Positions 1-12,634 of a DNA stretch of 39,199 nt are shown here, in pieces. A program made the translations under genes and the position numbers. The DNA comes from Trichoplax sp. H2. Taxonomy: Eukaryota. Under the pieces are notes generated by a model, which saw only the letters and a list, made by a program, of their open reading frames with translations, did not search any database and was not told the origin of the DNA. The stretch lies in the NCBI GenBank assembly GCA_003344405.1, contig NOWV01000233.1, positions 62,001 through 101,199 on the forward strand, given 5' to 3'. The first letter of the stretch is position 1, and the number at the start of each line of letters is the position of its first letter.

Positions 1-15
1 AAATGAAAATAATTG

Positions 16-130
16 TAACTGATGAGAGTTATGATATACGAGTAAATTTGTAAAACTCATAACTGATGACAGTTATCATGTATGAGTAAATCTGCAACAA
101 TCATATCAGATGAGATTTATGATACTATCT
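16..130. repeat. 44-bp minisatellite (about 3 degenerate units, TAACTGATGAGAGTTATGATATACGAGTAAATTTGTAAAACTCA), intronic in gene A
   Basis: Units start at 16 and 60, and a weaker third follows. A paralogous array lies at about 12550-12634 and 13116-13230. Confidence 0.8.
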
Positions 131-256
131 CATAATACTCTATATCTGATTGCATGATATCAAGAAATAAGCAATATTAATTTCATTATTTCCAACAATT
201 AATTACTGCTGAAAGACTGTGGGTATGTAACTCGAATTCTAAGCTCAAAATAGTAC

Positions 257-2281
257 CTGGTATGCATTCGTATAATTTCCAGTCTTTTATCACGTTCGCC
301 GAGAAAAACAAACCGCATGTCGAACATTTAATCATACCATTTTTTATTAGCTTCGGAATGAGAATTAGTCTTTCGCATTCTTGACATTCAATATAAAAAT
401 GACACTGAATGTCCTCCCGAGATAAAGTTTGACTTTTGACTACTTTAAGTAATTCATTTTTGAAATTAATATGGGGCTGATCATTCGCTATTGAATCTGT
501 TGCTCTTTTTTTAATTAGTTCGTTTACTTCGTCATTATTATTGACAACCTGATAAGAGTATTGCAAACAAATATGCGTACAACTTTTTTTTATTCTTACG
601 ATGTAATTATTATGACTTGGGAAGTATTCGGCACATTGCCTATATAATTTGACTTTCCAGCCTTCTTGACTTGATGATAGAAAGTTATAAAAGATCTTAC
701 CGGTGATATAAGAAAATTTTTCCGGGTTAAAGCCTAAATAGAGACAGCTAGAATGATAGAATGTACTTAAATTACGGTTTAATTTCGTTTCGCATGGCGT
801 CAATGAATATGGAAAGAAGTAATCCATTTGTGTATTAAGATTGTCTTGCATCGTCTCCGACTTTCCTAGAAATCGATAGATGAGGCCATAATATTCCATA
901 ATTTGCACGATTTTTTCTACATCAGTGTCATCTAAGCAATATCCATTTAATATTGCTTTGATTCCATTCTTTGGTACTACGCCTGTCTTTTTAGCGTGTT
1001 CGTAGTATTTTCTTTTTCTACCAGACATCGGAAGCTTGCTACGTTCATCTCCAATTTTATAAACCTCATTTATGATCGTAATGAGCCACAAAATGTTAAT
1101 AACTAAGATGTCAACTTTTTCACCTGCTTGATAAAGCAGAACATCACCAATGTCCTGTAAATATTCGAATATATTTAAAACCGATATTTCTCCGTCTTCA
1201 GTATCGATAGAATCTTGTATTTCTTTCAACGCTATCATTTGTTTACCTCTCCTTTTTATCGCATTTAATGTCTCATCTCTATCATCTATTGAATTTGGCA
1301 TATGAAGCTTTGTAGCTATGCCAGAGTCGATCCATTCAATAAATGTACTTCCTTTCAATTTTACGGTAGGTACAGCCTTGGCAATGTTACAAATTAGTTT
1401 TTGGAAGTCTCTACAACTCTGACTTTCTCGTATTTTATAACTTTTACCATCTTTATCTAGTTCATAATCAATTATAATCTTAGGAGTGCAAAAATTTTCT
1501 GAACATGAAGGTACTTTGGCAATTAGCGCTGCCATTAAAGAATCAAATCGTGAAAATGACTCTTCTTCGCTCAAGTTAGAGTCATAATTGATAGGAATTA
1601 ATATAACTAACGGCGAGCAGAATTCTTCAGGAACTCCATTGATATCGACGATAAAGCGCTCCCTTTGACCGGTTAGATTAATAGTATTAATTATCCACTC
1701 GCACAATACGGCGACATCTTCATGGTGGCTATCATCTTGCTTATATAGTGAATTTTCAAATGCTTTAGCATTAACATCAAATGTAGATATATAAATATGA
1801 GACTGAAAATTGTAAAGCTGATAATGTCCTGGATTGTTACAATTCCAAATTTTTGCGTAAAATTTATCGCTGCAAGCATTATTTAGCCCATTAGAATACG
1901 AATTTCTGTCCTTTATAGATTGCTGAAGGAAAGTATGACAATTAGGACTAGATAACATACGATGCTGATACTGTTCGTTATCTACATTTTCTATATTCTT
2001 TTGAAGATTTCTTGTGGTTGATGGGATATTACTATTAGAGAATGATAAAGATCTGATCATATTGCTCATAGATTTATTTCGACTAATTATTTCATCGATA
2101 TCGATAACGGTGGATATAGGAATCATGCATCGATCATGATGTTGCTTAGTTAATAGTTCGAAAATGGCTGATTTACCAACACCATTACTTCCAATTAATA
2201 TTGTGTTAATAAAATGAAAACTGCACTCTGTGCTAAAGGCCCCATTTTCACTAGAGTGTGGAACTTCTTGTATCTGTAGGT
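257..2281 (-). CDS. Gene A Roc-COR exon (ROCO-family, degenerate Roc GTPase + COR + Cys4 motif)
   Basis: ORF 186..2126 extends upstream in frame to the acceptor TAATTAG|AC at 2281, adding the Walker A motif LIGSNGVGKS (GSNGVGKS at 2169-2192). COR-like motifs: FEYLQDIGDVLLY, LVINILWL, YFFPYSL. C-terminal CQEC...CSTC. Phase-1 donor CCAG|GTACTA at 257. Confidence 0.85.
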
Positions 2282-3036
2282 CTAATTACAAATTATGAAA
2301 TTTTAATATGAATGAATAAACACAAAGAAGACTCCAAGTACTGACGTAGCTATAATTTAATGCCTCTGTGATGTAATTAAGAGTAAATTGTTGAGTTATT
2401 ATTTAATCTACATAAAAGTCAAATTCACTCTGTATGCGGTTTCATAGCAAGAAGTTTAAAGTTAAAACAAGTTGATCCAAATCATATAAATTAAGGATCT
2501 AAAACGCCGTTATTACTAATTACGAGTACAATATTAATGAAGGTTGAGAACTTACTGCAAGTCAAACCTTTGCAAAATGAAACATTTACACCAGCAAAAT
2601 TAAATATTTCAAGTTATAACTAAAAATTGTGACTCTTCAGCTGACATCACAACAAGCGTTATTTCTTAAATTAGATATTAACCTATCAGAGGCCAGAATT
2701 TTTCAAATAGTGATCCACTTCTCCATATTACTTTTATGGGCAATGTTAATACGTACCGTAGCTATCAAATAAATTACGTTATATTTCCTGCGCTAAAAAT
2801 ATGATACTAAAGTGTAGAGATAACTCTAACACAGGCAAAGCACAGACTCGGCGATATACGACTCGTATGTAATTAAATGCTCATAAGGCTAATGAGACCT
2901 TGAAATCGTAGTATATCCTGGAGAACTTTAACAATAATCATCATTGCTGCTGAATGTCTCCTGGTCTTTCTCTCTCACCCAGTTACAGTGTATTATTTTT
3001 ACCTTTTACAAAGAATTTTTTAACAAAGTAACGTAC

Positions 3037-3117
3037 CTGAAATGGTTTCTATCGATGAAGAACGGTTAAAGCTGACTTGATCGTTTTCTTGGCCGGCTAA
3101 TTCTACTACATCAGTAT
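3037..3117 (-). CDS. Gene A linker exon (DTDVVELAGQENDQVSFNRSSSIETIS)
   Basis: TTTGTAG| acceptor, TCAG|GTACGT donor, 81 nt, open, phase 1-1. Confidence 0.65.
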
Positions 3118-3272
3118 CTACAAATTGATTTTACTTTAAAGTTAACTTTAAATTTGCTATTGATTGATACGTCAAAAAAGGCTCACAGCATTGAAAATAT
3201 TTTGAAATCATAAAATTTAGTATAAACGTTATTAATAAGCTAGGATAGCTGCTGCCGAAGAATAGCACCTAC

Positions 3273-3302
3273 CAATGGATGATGAACGAATGCTTTTTCC
3301 GT
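3273..3302 (-). CDS. Gene A putative micro-exon (DGKSIRSSSI)
   Basis: TTCTAG| acceptor, TTG|GTAGGT donor, 30 nt, phase 1-1. Confidence 0.45.
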
Positions 3303-3728
3303 CTAGAATATTTTCCTCTTGAGTTTTAATTATATTAATTGAGAATAAATCAGAAATATTATGAAAATCGTAATATTTCCACATTCCTTAAGTAATTTGC
3401 TGTACATTAGTAATAAAACCAGCTATTTCTACCATTCTTTCACATTTACGAAATAATATCTTCCTACAGGGCTGTTCCTTATTCTATACTAGTACTAGTA
3501 TTAGTATTACCACCACTAGCTACAATATAAGCGATAAGCACACACATATCGGTACTAACTATATCATGATAATTAGAACATTCAGAATTACAACATGCTC
3601 CAAATTTTAATTTAGCTGCATGTTCATACGTATATACTAGCCTTGGTCATCAAACTGTCATCAAAGTTCATTCATTAATAATTTGGATCAATTTTACAAT
3701 TTTTACTACATGTTTTTTCGAAACTTAC

Positions 3729-3782
3729 CTGCAATCACTGTATTTGTTAAAGGTCTTTCATTTGTTGATTTTTTACCCTTTA
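3729..3782 (-). CDS. Gene A linker exon (VKGKKSTNERPLTNTVIA)
   Basis: TTCATAG| acceptor, consensus GCAG|GTAAGT donor, 54 nt, phase 1-1. Confidence 0.6.
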
Positions 3783-4649
3783 CTATGAATTTGACAGTTA
3801 AAAAACGAATATTAATAAATTTTTACCTACATAGCATTACCCTTATTGACTGCTAACATATATTTGGTTGACGTATGATGTACATTACTAGATTGATCAC
3901 CTCTTGTGGTAGTTGCTTGGGTTAATATACAATCTAAAAATTAAAAAAAATATTTGAATTCTTACGTAGTAATTTATAATAACTTATTATCGAGTGCAGG
4001 TTACAGATTCATACTCGCCATTTTGTGGGGTCATGATACTTAGCATAACCGCTTCAACTGATTTCGTAAAATATTGTAACTATTATTTAGACTACTTGCA
4101 ACAAATATGAACGACTTACCATGAGATAAATTTAAACTTTCATCGTCACTAAAGTCAAACCCTTGAGCATTATTAACAAGATAAATTTAAAATCAGTCCT
4201 GAGCTGTCTCCTATAATCATGAGTTCAAGCTATAACTTTAGACTTTTGTAGATCTTAAATAATGTACTGTGGCTTAGAGATTCACGGACTATAAGCTCAT
4301 GTGTGTACGTCGTAGCTACCGTGGCTATTTCGATAGCCAGTTAATTTCAATAGGGTAGTTCATCTAAAAAATAGTAGCCATATTTACTACAAGTTCATTT
4401 TCCGCCGTATTATTGATAATTAACTTATTAATCCAAGAAATTACGAAACGGTACTTAATATTAACAAGTAACCGTAAAAAATTGACTATTGATCCATGCT
4501 TCTTGTAATTTATCAGATATAGATTATTGCAAAACTTCACCCTGAGCTACAAAAAGATGTATCAGGTAATATAGTACATAGGGTATTAAGACTTGCAACT
4601 ATAAAATGATTATGTTATAGATAGATATACATTCATAGAATACGAGTAC

Positions 4650-4838
4650 CGGGATAATGCTTTGATAAATCGGCGGCCTCGCTATTAGGGTTACTATTTA
4701 TATCTTGTTTCTTCCGTATTGAGATAACAGTTTTAGAAGTTGCCTTGTTATTGCTGGACTTAATTCTCTCATTTCTTTGAATATTTGTATCGTTTTTACG
4801 TTTCTTTTTTGAATCTCTGCTGATTGGCGTTGAAGTAT
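4650..4838 (-). CDS. Gene A basic linker exon 2 (DTSTPISRDSKKKRKNDTNIQRNERIK...)
   Basis: CTCGTAG| acceptor, CCCG|GTACTC donor, 189 nt open, phase 1-1. Tandem paralog of exon 5055-5180. Confidence 0.7.
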
Positions 4839-5054
4839 CTACGAGTAAAATATATTCACTTTCAAATTAATTTATCCAATTTTAAATTGTGCATGTATTT
4901 AGCATTTTGTTAAGGCACTACTGTTAATTAACTGAACTTGTATATCTAGTATTTAACGTTAAAAGTTATTAGGCTGATTTACATTTTTACATGGATATAC
5001 ATAATTTACATTTATGGTATACATTCATGAAAAATATTCGTTGAATGAGCTTAC

Positions 5055-5180
5055 CGGAATACAATTCTGATGCATCAGCATGGCTTTTATAATTATTGAA
5101 CTTGAGTCTTTTATTTCTCTGAATTTTTGTGTCTTTTTGGGATTTCCTTTTTGAACCTCTGCTGGTATGTTCTGAAGTAT
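5055..5180 (-). CDS. Gene A basic linker exon 1 (DTSEHTSRGSKRKSQKDTKIQRNKRLK...)
   Basis: Within ORF 4987..5205. GTTGTAG| acceptor, TCCG|GTAAGC donor, 126 nt, phase 1-1. Confidence 0.75.
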
Positions 5181-5494
5181 CTACAACACGTAAACGAATA
5201 GGCAAACTTTTTTAATCATATTCATTGTAATTACTTTTTACAATGAACAATTTAATCATAATTAAGTATTTTTTTTACATTAAGCACGATTTTAAGTAAA
5301 TGTGATAGCTAATCATAATATTAATCGCTTTAAATTTATGTTAATTATCAGCAATTTATCTAGCCTAAATTAAATACTTGCATGTATTGTAGTGCTAAAG
5401 TTCAGTGCTGCTAATCAACTGAAGTTATAAAATCTAGTGTTTGATAATTGCTATAAGTCACTACGTTGATTTATTTAATGCAACTATGTAGTAC

Positions 5495-7197
5495 CTGATC
5501 GATATCGTGTGTTATCAACCAGGATGCCAACATCTCTATTTTCATCATCAATCGTATTACTGTTGGAAATTTCATCCTTGATATCAGTTAGCCCATCAAT
5601 TTTTTTCTTCAACCATTGAAAATCTTCTGTATTATGTTCGTCAGAGTTCTTTTGGTTCTGGGAAGGGTTTTTGTTACTATTTAATGAATTTGAATCGTCT
5701 GAGAGTATTTTATATATGTTACGAAGTTTACAACTAATCACATCCAATTCTTGCAATAATTTGCGTTTTTTAAAGCATGTTAAGGGAGCTCTATCTAAAG
5801 TCGAGTTCTTAACAAAGCAGTCCATATATTTTTCCCACCATATTTCACTAAAATATGATTTCACAAAATCGATATTTTCCTTAGCACAGATTTTTTTCCG
5901 AAATATTAAACTGTTCTTATACTTTTTTTTGGAGGCTATTAATTCTTTTCTAAGCTGCGTTGTTTCTGCAATGCCATCCTTAGCATCGGCTATCAATAGA
6001 CGCCGTGGTCCCGATATTTCGTCTTGAATATTTAAACATTGTTTAAAGTTATCCATGGCAAGTTTAAACTTCTCTTTTTCTAAATTTGCTTTTCCGATCT
6101 TGTAATAAGCTTTACATAATTCAAATTTATCACCATTTTTACGCTTGGCAAATTTAACAGCTAAATGATAATAACGTCCTGACGCCCTAAAACGATCATA
6201 TTTGCCTTCTTTGTCTTTTCCAACCTTAGGTTTGACTATTCGGTAGCAAATGTCACCTAACATGTTATTAATTCTGGCTATATATCCGTGATCTTCGCAT
6301 TTTGTTTTTTTCTTGATTTTTTGTAAAATAATATATTGCTTTTTGGCATCGTCTAATTGATCAGAAGCAAAGAAAGCATAGCCCAAAGATTCTCTTGAGT
6401 TCACAATATGCCAACTGTTTTTCTTAAAAGCTCTCTCTTTAATTTTGTGAGACTTTTTCAAGCTCTTTGTGGCTAAACGAAAACTCCCCTGCAAAGATAA
6501 AATATAACCAATAGTATCGTAAAGCAAAGCCATTTCGACGGACTTTTTCACTTTCGTTGATAAAGAATTTTCCAGTTTATTGACTAGGGACTCTAAATAA
6601 CTTCCATTTTGAAGTTGTTGAAGATCAAACATGTTTAGAGGGGAGGAATTTTGAGTAATTTCCGTCAAGCTATTTTTGCATGTTTCCTATTTGTTGATTT
6701 AACGACTCCAAATAAGCAAATAGAGCATCTTCATATTTAAATTGCAATGTATAAACGTTAGCAATGCCATTCTTAAGGAGAGTTAATAAATTATGTGGCT
6801 GGTCACAATCTAAATGTTCAATCGCATCTTTAAATTCTCTTATAGCTTCATTATGCTGTTCCTTTTTTAAGAAAACATTACCCATTATATAAGAGGATTC
6901 AGCACGTAGAGACCGCGAAAGATTGGTATTTGGAGGCAATATATCTCTCAAATCTTTGAAAAGGTTTATGACTTCATGAAGTTTATGCAGCTGAAATTTA
7001 GACTTCATTAAACCAATTAGACTTCTGTATGTAAGTGTCATGAATTTGTCAATATTCCTAACTTCCAATCTACCCTTGATACACTCGCCTACATCATCAT
7101 AATTCTTTATGGCATGATCATAGCTTCCATTGTCATAGAATTTGTCTCCTTCGTCAAGTTTTTTTATCAATTCTTCGTGTAGTAAATTATCCGCCAT
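5495..7197 (-). pseudogene. Gene A TPR-repeat exon, split by a +1 frameshift at 6673-6677 (pseudogene allele or homopolymer sequencing error)
   Basis: ORFs 6670..7218 and 5484..6668 are the two halves of a paralog of ORF 24662..26365 (GLMKSKFQLH, ALLYDTIG, FASDQLD). Removing one A from CAAAAATAGC restores CAA AAT AGC (QNS), as in the paralog. Likely start AAAATGG at 7197. Phase-1 donor TCAG|GTACTA at 5495. Confidence 0.8.
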
Positions 7198-7329
7198 TTT
7201 GGCTGTTTTATCTTGCATAAATTAAAACAATTTCTTAATTTAGCAAGAAGAATATGCGATAGTACTGTATGTATGATAGGATTCCTTACCAAACATACTA
7301 AATCATTCAATCATAATTTAGTCCTAGCA

Positions 7330-7342
7330 CCCCCCCCCCCCC
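7330..7342. repeat. Poly-C(13) homopolymer upstream of gene A
   Basis: Direct reading; conspicuous in AT-rich DNA. Confidence 0.9.
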
Positions 7343-7770
7343 TTTCAATTTGGCTGTATACGCTAAGAGCAATGTAGACATACTCGCTACAGGATAACGG
7401 AAATCAATTTTTTCCTTTAACTATAAGCATGCTTCCCGCCTTTTATTTATTTAATTAATTAATAACGGAAGAGCCCACAACAGCACAATCTACGCGTGCT
7501 TCACCCTTTTGTGTTAAGGTTTGGATCGAAATTGAACTTTGTATTGTAGCAATGTAATTTTCTAACTCAATTTTAACTCTCAATTCACTTTTTTAATGAT
7601 TTTGATTGCAATATTTCAATTCTAATTCATCTAAGGCATCGATTGATAGCGAATTGATATCTCATCAAGTTGAAAAGTTAGGTTTTGATATCTTATTTTC
7701 AAATGCCAGGAAATACAGTACTTTCAGTATTCACATTACAGTGGAATACTGTATACCGTACGCTACAATA

Positions 7771-7802
7771 TACTGTACTGTACTGTACTGTACTGTACTG
7801 TA
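7771..7802. repeat. (TACTG)n pentanucleotide microsatellite, about 6 units
   Basis: tactgtactgtactgtactgtactgtactgta. Confidence 0.9.
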
Positions 7803-9866
7803 ATCGTCAAACAAGAAACCTTGTCAGATGGACGGACGTTTCTTACCAACTGAGGCCATCTAGAGCGATAAATGTCTACTTACAAAGTTGCAGTAGTATG
7901 GATATTCTGTGCCTGTCCTTTAAATCACGGCACTAATTGAAATCACATCGAATAATCTTATATAACTGTTTCCAAGCGGAAATTGGTGACGAATAATGAG
8001 ATTCAACGTAGTATTACTTAATTTAGTAAAAAATTAGTCAATTTAAAATCGACAGTGCATAACCAAAGAACTTTCATAACGAAATTGTTCAGTCGGGTGT
8101 TCTTCTAGTAGTCCATGACTATATATACTATAAAATGGCATGGATTACTAGATACTATACCTACAGTGGTGGTCTTTGACCGAGGTTAGTTCTAGTACAT
8201 GGTAGATCACTTTATTAAATATGCATGCGAAAATAATATGGCGGCGTATTTACTTCTTTAGTATAGCGTTTATAGGTTTTCATGGAATAAGTTGTTAATA
8301 TCAAGACTTTCGCACGTCTAAAGGCGATGATGACCTTATAAATTTACTACTTGCGCTAAGTAATTCTTTTTGTCCGATATACCGTATGACATACAATTTT
8401 ACACGTTTTAGAGAAGCTACTCGTTTGAATTCGATAGACGACGGCCAGAACGATTTATGTTAAATTATATTTGATTATTCTGCTCGCGTACATGCAAGTG
8501 TAAAAAAACAAGTGTAATTTGCAATAGAGGACGCAGCAATAGTTCTTATGCAATCAAAAAATCACTGGATGTTACTTAGTGACATGTGAGGACTAAAAAT
8601 ATAATTTCTAGATGTCAGAGAGGTTTATTCGCTACTTTTTATCTAGCATTATAAGAATACAGTATGTGTCGAATCAAATGCATCATTTGCTAACATCGTA
8701 CCTCATAAATAGCTAGTTATATTTAACAACTCTAACTGAATCACCAAACTGTACAACTTCATAAAATAATTGGTCATGCCATCCATCACTTCAGTACTAA
8801 ATCCTAAGGTGCTATAGAGTAAGCAATAATTAAAACATTTCCACTAATTGCACTAATTCAGATCGATTCTACCTTATTATTCACTTTGGTTAACAAAAAT
8901 TTATCTGATTATTTATGTCACTATTAAGATGATATCCAGTAATATCATATTAACCGAATATTTAAAAGAATGTGTACATTAAGTATGTGATACATGTATA
9001 ATTGCACCGTATGTGCCGAAAACAAAGATCAAGTAACATTATTAAATCCATACTCGGATATGGTGGTATTGCGATCTAAATTTGTTACGTGAGAAAAAAT
9101 TACTACGGCAAACTAACACTACAAGTTTACCATCAGGCTTGTCTTTCCCGACATCTACGTATATTATGATTCTAAATGACGACGATAGCTGATTTTTAGG
9201 AGGCACAGTAGCGCCTTTATTCTCTTTAGGCAAAACGGAATCGAACTTTATCGATAAAACAGTCAATTTTAAGTTCAATTTCATCAATTTACGTATCTAT
9301 GCACTTATCTATTAAAAACACGCAAGACGTCATAGATAAATTAATGCCAACATAATCCTAGATGAGCAACCTTATCGAAAATATATTACAGAAGCCATGA
9401 TCAAGTTACTTCGTAACAGGTTATCGAGTTCACTTTACGCATCCATTTAATTATAAGTTATTTTCCTCCGTAATCAAGAAAAAAAACAGACTATGGCTGC
9501 AATTATTACACAAATCCAAAGTTATTAACTTCATCATGGCATCATTCAAGTAACGTAGATGAAATTTTCTGCTACGTAACTTATGTAGATGAATTCTAAG
9601 AGCTAACCTTCATTAAGCTACATAGGTACTGTTGTGTATTACTATCTAGAGTTAATACTAACAACCGTATTGAATGTTCGTACTACTCTCAATAAGCATC
9701 GAAGACAAGAGGTTGTACAGTGTACATGTAGTTGAAGTTATTGTAAAATTAACAACTAACTCCTATTCTCTCTTTATTGTACTGAAAAGCGACGACTTAT
9801 ATACCTACGCCGTTCACACTTACAAGGCATTATAATTACAGGTTTGAATAAGCAGGTAATATTATT

Positions 9867-10192
9867 TCAACACTTGAATTCTTCGAACTTACGTTTCATT
9901 CTTTTTCCTAAAGTGTTTAATGAACGTGCAGGGGATATTTCTAATGCGTTACAAACTACTAAAAAATCGTAATCGTCACGAGTTAAAAGGATTTCCATTA
10001 AAGCTACAGATCGATCAGCTGGATTTTGCATTCCATTTATATTCTCAATTTCTGTTGATGTTAAGACACTCTCGCGTCGTAAAATTTGCTTGATTTCGTC
10101 ATATGGATTTTTTCTCTCAAAATCTTTACGACAATACTCTAGTGCAAGCCGAGTTGCGCCGCAAAAAGAGTGTGGACTATAAGGATTTTCAT
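9867..10192 (-). CDS. Gene B C-terminal CARD-like death-fold exon (not in ORF track)
   Basis: TTTCTAG|AT acceptor. Open frame DENPYSPHSFCGATRLALEYCRKDFERKNPYDEIKQILRRESVLTSTEIENINGMQNPADRSVALMEILLTRDDYDFLVVCNALEISPARSLNTLGKRMKRKFEEFKC*. The pattern L-x-x-x-x-VLT-x-x-E-x-E-x-I...LMEIL...F-x-x-x-C-x-AL fits a CARD. Paralog of 34664-35016. Confidence 0.75.
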
Positions 10193-10391
10193 CTAGAAAT
10201 ATTACAGTAGACTAGTAAGATGAATTTTATACATGCCTTGTGAGAATTTAGCTAGTAAATTTAGCTATCAGCTCAACTATAAAAATGTAACTATTGCTAA
10301 TCGTAATTTTTTAAGACTTGGAGAAAGAGAATGACCGCACCAGCTAGTTTGCTTATAAAGGTGTGAATAAATGTCTTACGTCATTATATAC

Positions 10392-10839
10392 TGTGTCACA
10401 AATCCCACTTGTGATTTGGTTAGGTCAGGTGCTATAGTAATTGTGTATGTCTTCCACTAACTTGGAAGTCTTCTTCTCAGGGAAAACTAACTCTTTCCTC
10501 ACAGTCACACAGCTACTCAGGTTTCTTTCAGACCACTAGCACTTTTTATTCACCAGTCATTTGGTTCCTAGTCTCTACTAGTTCGTCCTAGTACGGAGCG
10601 ACTACTGCCGGCAGATGGCAATTCGCTCGGCCTTTTATACCATCCCCACTCGTTTGTGGGGCATACTAGTAAATTGCTCCTTCCACAAATTGTATAAGTT
10701 ACTATAGGGAATTATTCCCAGACAATTAACATGACTTAGTAGGAGCTTGGATAGTAAACAACACTAATGAAAAACAGCCAATTAGCGAGCCTGAGCTCAG
10801 CACCAATACAAGTAATTAATTATTGGAGCAGTTATAACA
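10392..10839 (-). mobile_element. About 440-bp LTR-like insertion
   Basis: Absent from the tandem-duplicate intron copy (about 11600-11625). Minus strand runs TGTTATAAC...TGTGACA, with TATAAAA (about 10633) and AATAAA (about 10545). No clean TSD. Confidence 0.5.
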
Positions 10840-11142
10840 ACTACCATAACGATCGAAAAGAAAAAAAAGCTCTCATCTTGATTTAGTCTATAACAATCGC
10901 TGTAACTATTCTATAACGATCACATATAGAATTATTGAAATAAAGGCAATGTACTATCTAAACTAAAAAATTAATGTCGTAAAGTTCTGGACTGATATCA
11001 ATAAGATGCATATTTAATTTCCGTTGTAATTCAGAATATTGGATATGGAATAACAACAGAAATTAAACTCATTTTTTTAGCACTAAAACGTATCCTAGCT
11101 TTTACGGACTGCGATCAAAACGTTTGTAGCAACTGCACTAAC

Positions 11143-11403
11143 CATTCGTGGAATCTAATCGTTCAAGAGATGGCTTGGAATCCTTTAGAAATCTCCAACA
11201 ATCCTCCCTTAAAGCCTCAGATCGATAAGTTGTATTTTGTTTTCCATTTATATTCTCAGCTTCTGCCGGAATTAAGACAAACTCCCGTCGCAAAGTTTGC
11301 CTTGTTTCGTCAGATGAATTTTTTCTTTCAAATTCTGCACGACAATGCTCTAATGCAAGAGGTGTTACGCTGCTTAAAGAGGGTGGGCTATCTGGATTTT
11401 CAT
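11143..11403 (-). CDS. Gene B chimeric exon: N-half of CARD fused in frame to the 3' end of the preceding linker exon
   Basis: 261 nt, open, phase 1-1. DENPDSPPSLSSVTPLALEHCRAEFERKN...YRSEALRE matches exon 9867-10192, then KDSKPSLERLDSTN G|GTTAGT matches the end of exon 11935-12111. Confidence 0.7.
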
Positions 11404-11934
11404 CTAGAAATATTACAGTAGACGGATAAGATATATCTTATACATGCCCTATGAGAATTTAGCTTGCAATTTTAGCTATCAGCTTCATCTACAAAAATGT
11501 GACTATTGCAAATCATAATTCTTTAAGACTTGTAGAAAGAGAATGACAGTACCAGCTAGTTCGCTCAAAAAAAAGTATAAACAAATGTCTTACGTTAATA
11601 TACACCGATAAAATACTTCTTTATAACAACTACCATAACGATCGAAAAAAAAAACACAAAGCGGTAATCTTGACTTAGTCTATAACAATCGCTGTAAAAT
11701 ATGTAGGACCACCACATATAAAATTATGGAAATGAAGGCAATGTACTATCTAAATTGAAAAATTAAAGTCGTAAATTTCGCTATTTATATCAATAAGATG
11801 CTTTTTTAATTTCTGTTGTAATTCATAATGTTGGACATGGAATAACAACAGAAATTAAACTCATTTTTTTAGCACTAAAACGTATCCTAACTATTATGGG
11901 CCGCGATCAAAACGTTTGTGGTAACTGTACTAAC

Positions 11935-12111
11935 CATTCGTGGAGTCTAATCGTCCACGAGCTGCCTTGGAATCCTCTGATGAAGAATCAAGCTGATTTC
12001 GCTTCCTTTTAGTACCACAAAATGGTGATGTTGATTTTAAATTTTCGCCGCTATTTTGCTGTAAAGAGCTGTCAGCGATGGAATCGTAATCAGACTGATT
12101 TTCGTCTTCTC
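11935..12111 (-). CDS. Gene B post-COR linker exon with NLS-like GTKRKR
   Basis: TTACAG|GA acceptor, AATG|GTTAGT donor, 177 nt open, phase 1-1. Confidence 0.7.
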
Positions 12112-12634
12112 CTGTAATACAGGTTCATTTAGATATTATTATATTATCATTATCCCCGTAATTATTAAATAAAATTAAAGACGAAAGAATAGTTGAAACG
12201 AACATACGTCTATGAAAGCAAACAATAAATAGTATTTGTTACGGAGTTAGACTCATACGAATATAGAATATATGACTTTCACTTTCATATATTTGGCTCT
12301 CTAGCAATTAGGCGTTTATTATGATGTATTCAGTAAATATTTAATTCATAAATGAATTAGATATTATTTTAATGATCTATGGAGTATTAGATAATGATAC
12401 TTTTATAAAGAAAAGGTTGAGAGATTGAAACATGTAGTAGAAAATAGCTAGAAATTTCTTCCGATTTTTATCCAAACAAAAATAACTCTTTGTTGAATGA
12501 AATTACCGATTCATATCAAATTGCGACCAATTATTAGAAAGCGTTTAATTACAGTTATGACATACGCGTATGTGTAAATTTGTAATAATTGGTGAGAGTT
12601 GTGACGTATAAGTGAACTTGCAAATAATTGTAAC

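Noticed and set aside
16..130. 44-bp repeats as a CRISPR array
   Set aside because: Head-to-tail degenerate units without unique spacers, no cas genes, and a spliced eukaryotic context.
5671..6027. Plus-strand and alternative-frame ORFs overlapping the big exons (also 1691-1879, 11170-11421, 15508-15792, 15518-15721, 15882-16127, 21078-21296, 38387-38587)
   Set aside because: Shadow ORFs of real minus-strand exons, with no recognisable motifs.
7606..7936. ORFs containing YCTVL repeats
   Set aside because: Translation of the (TACTG)n microsatellite.
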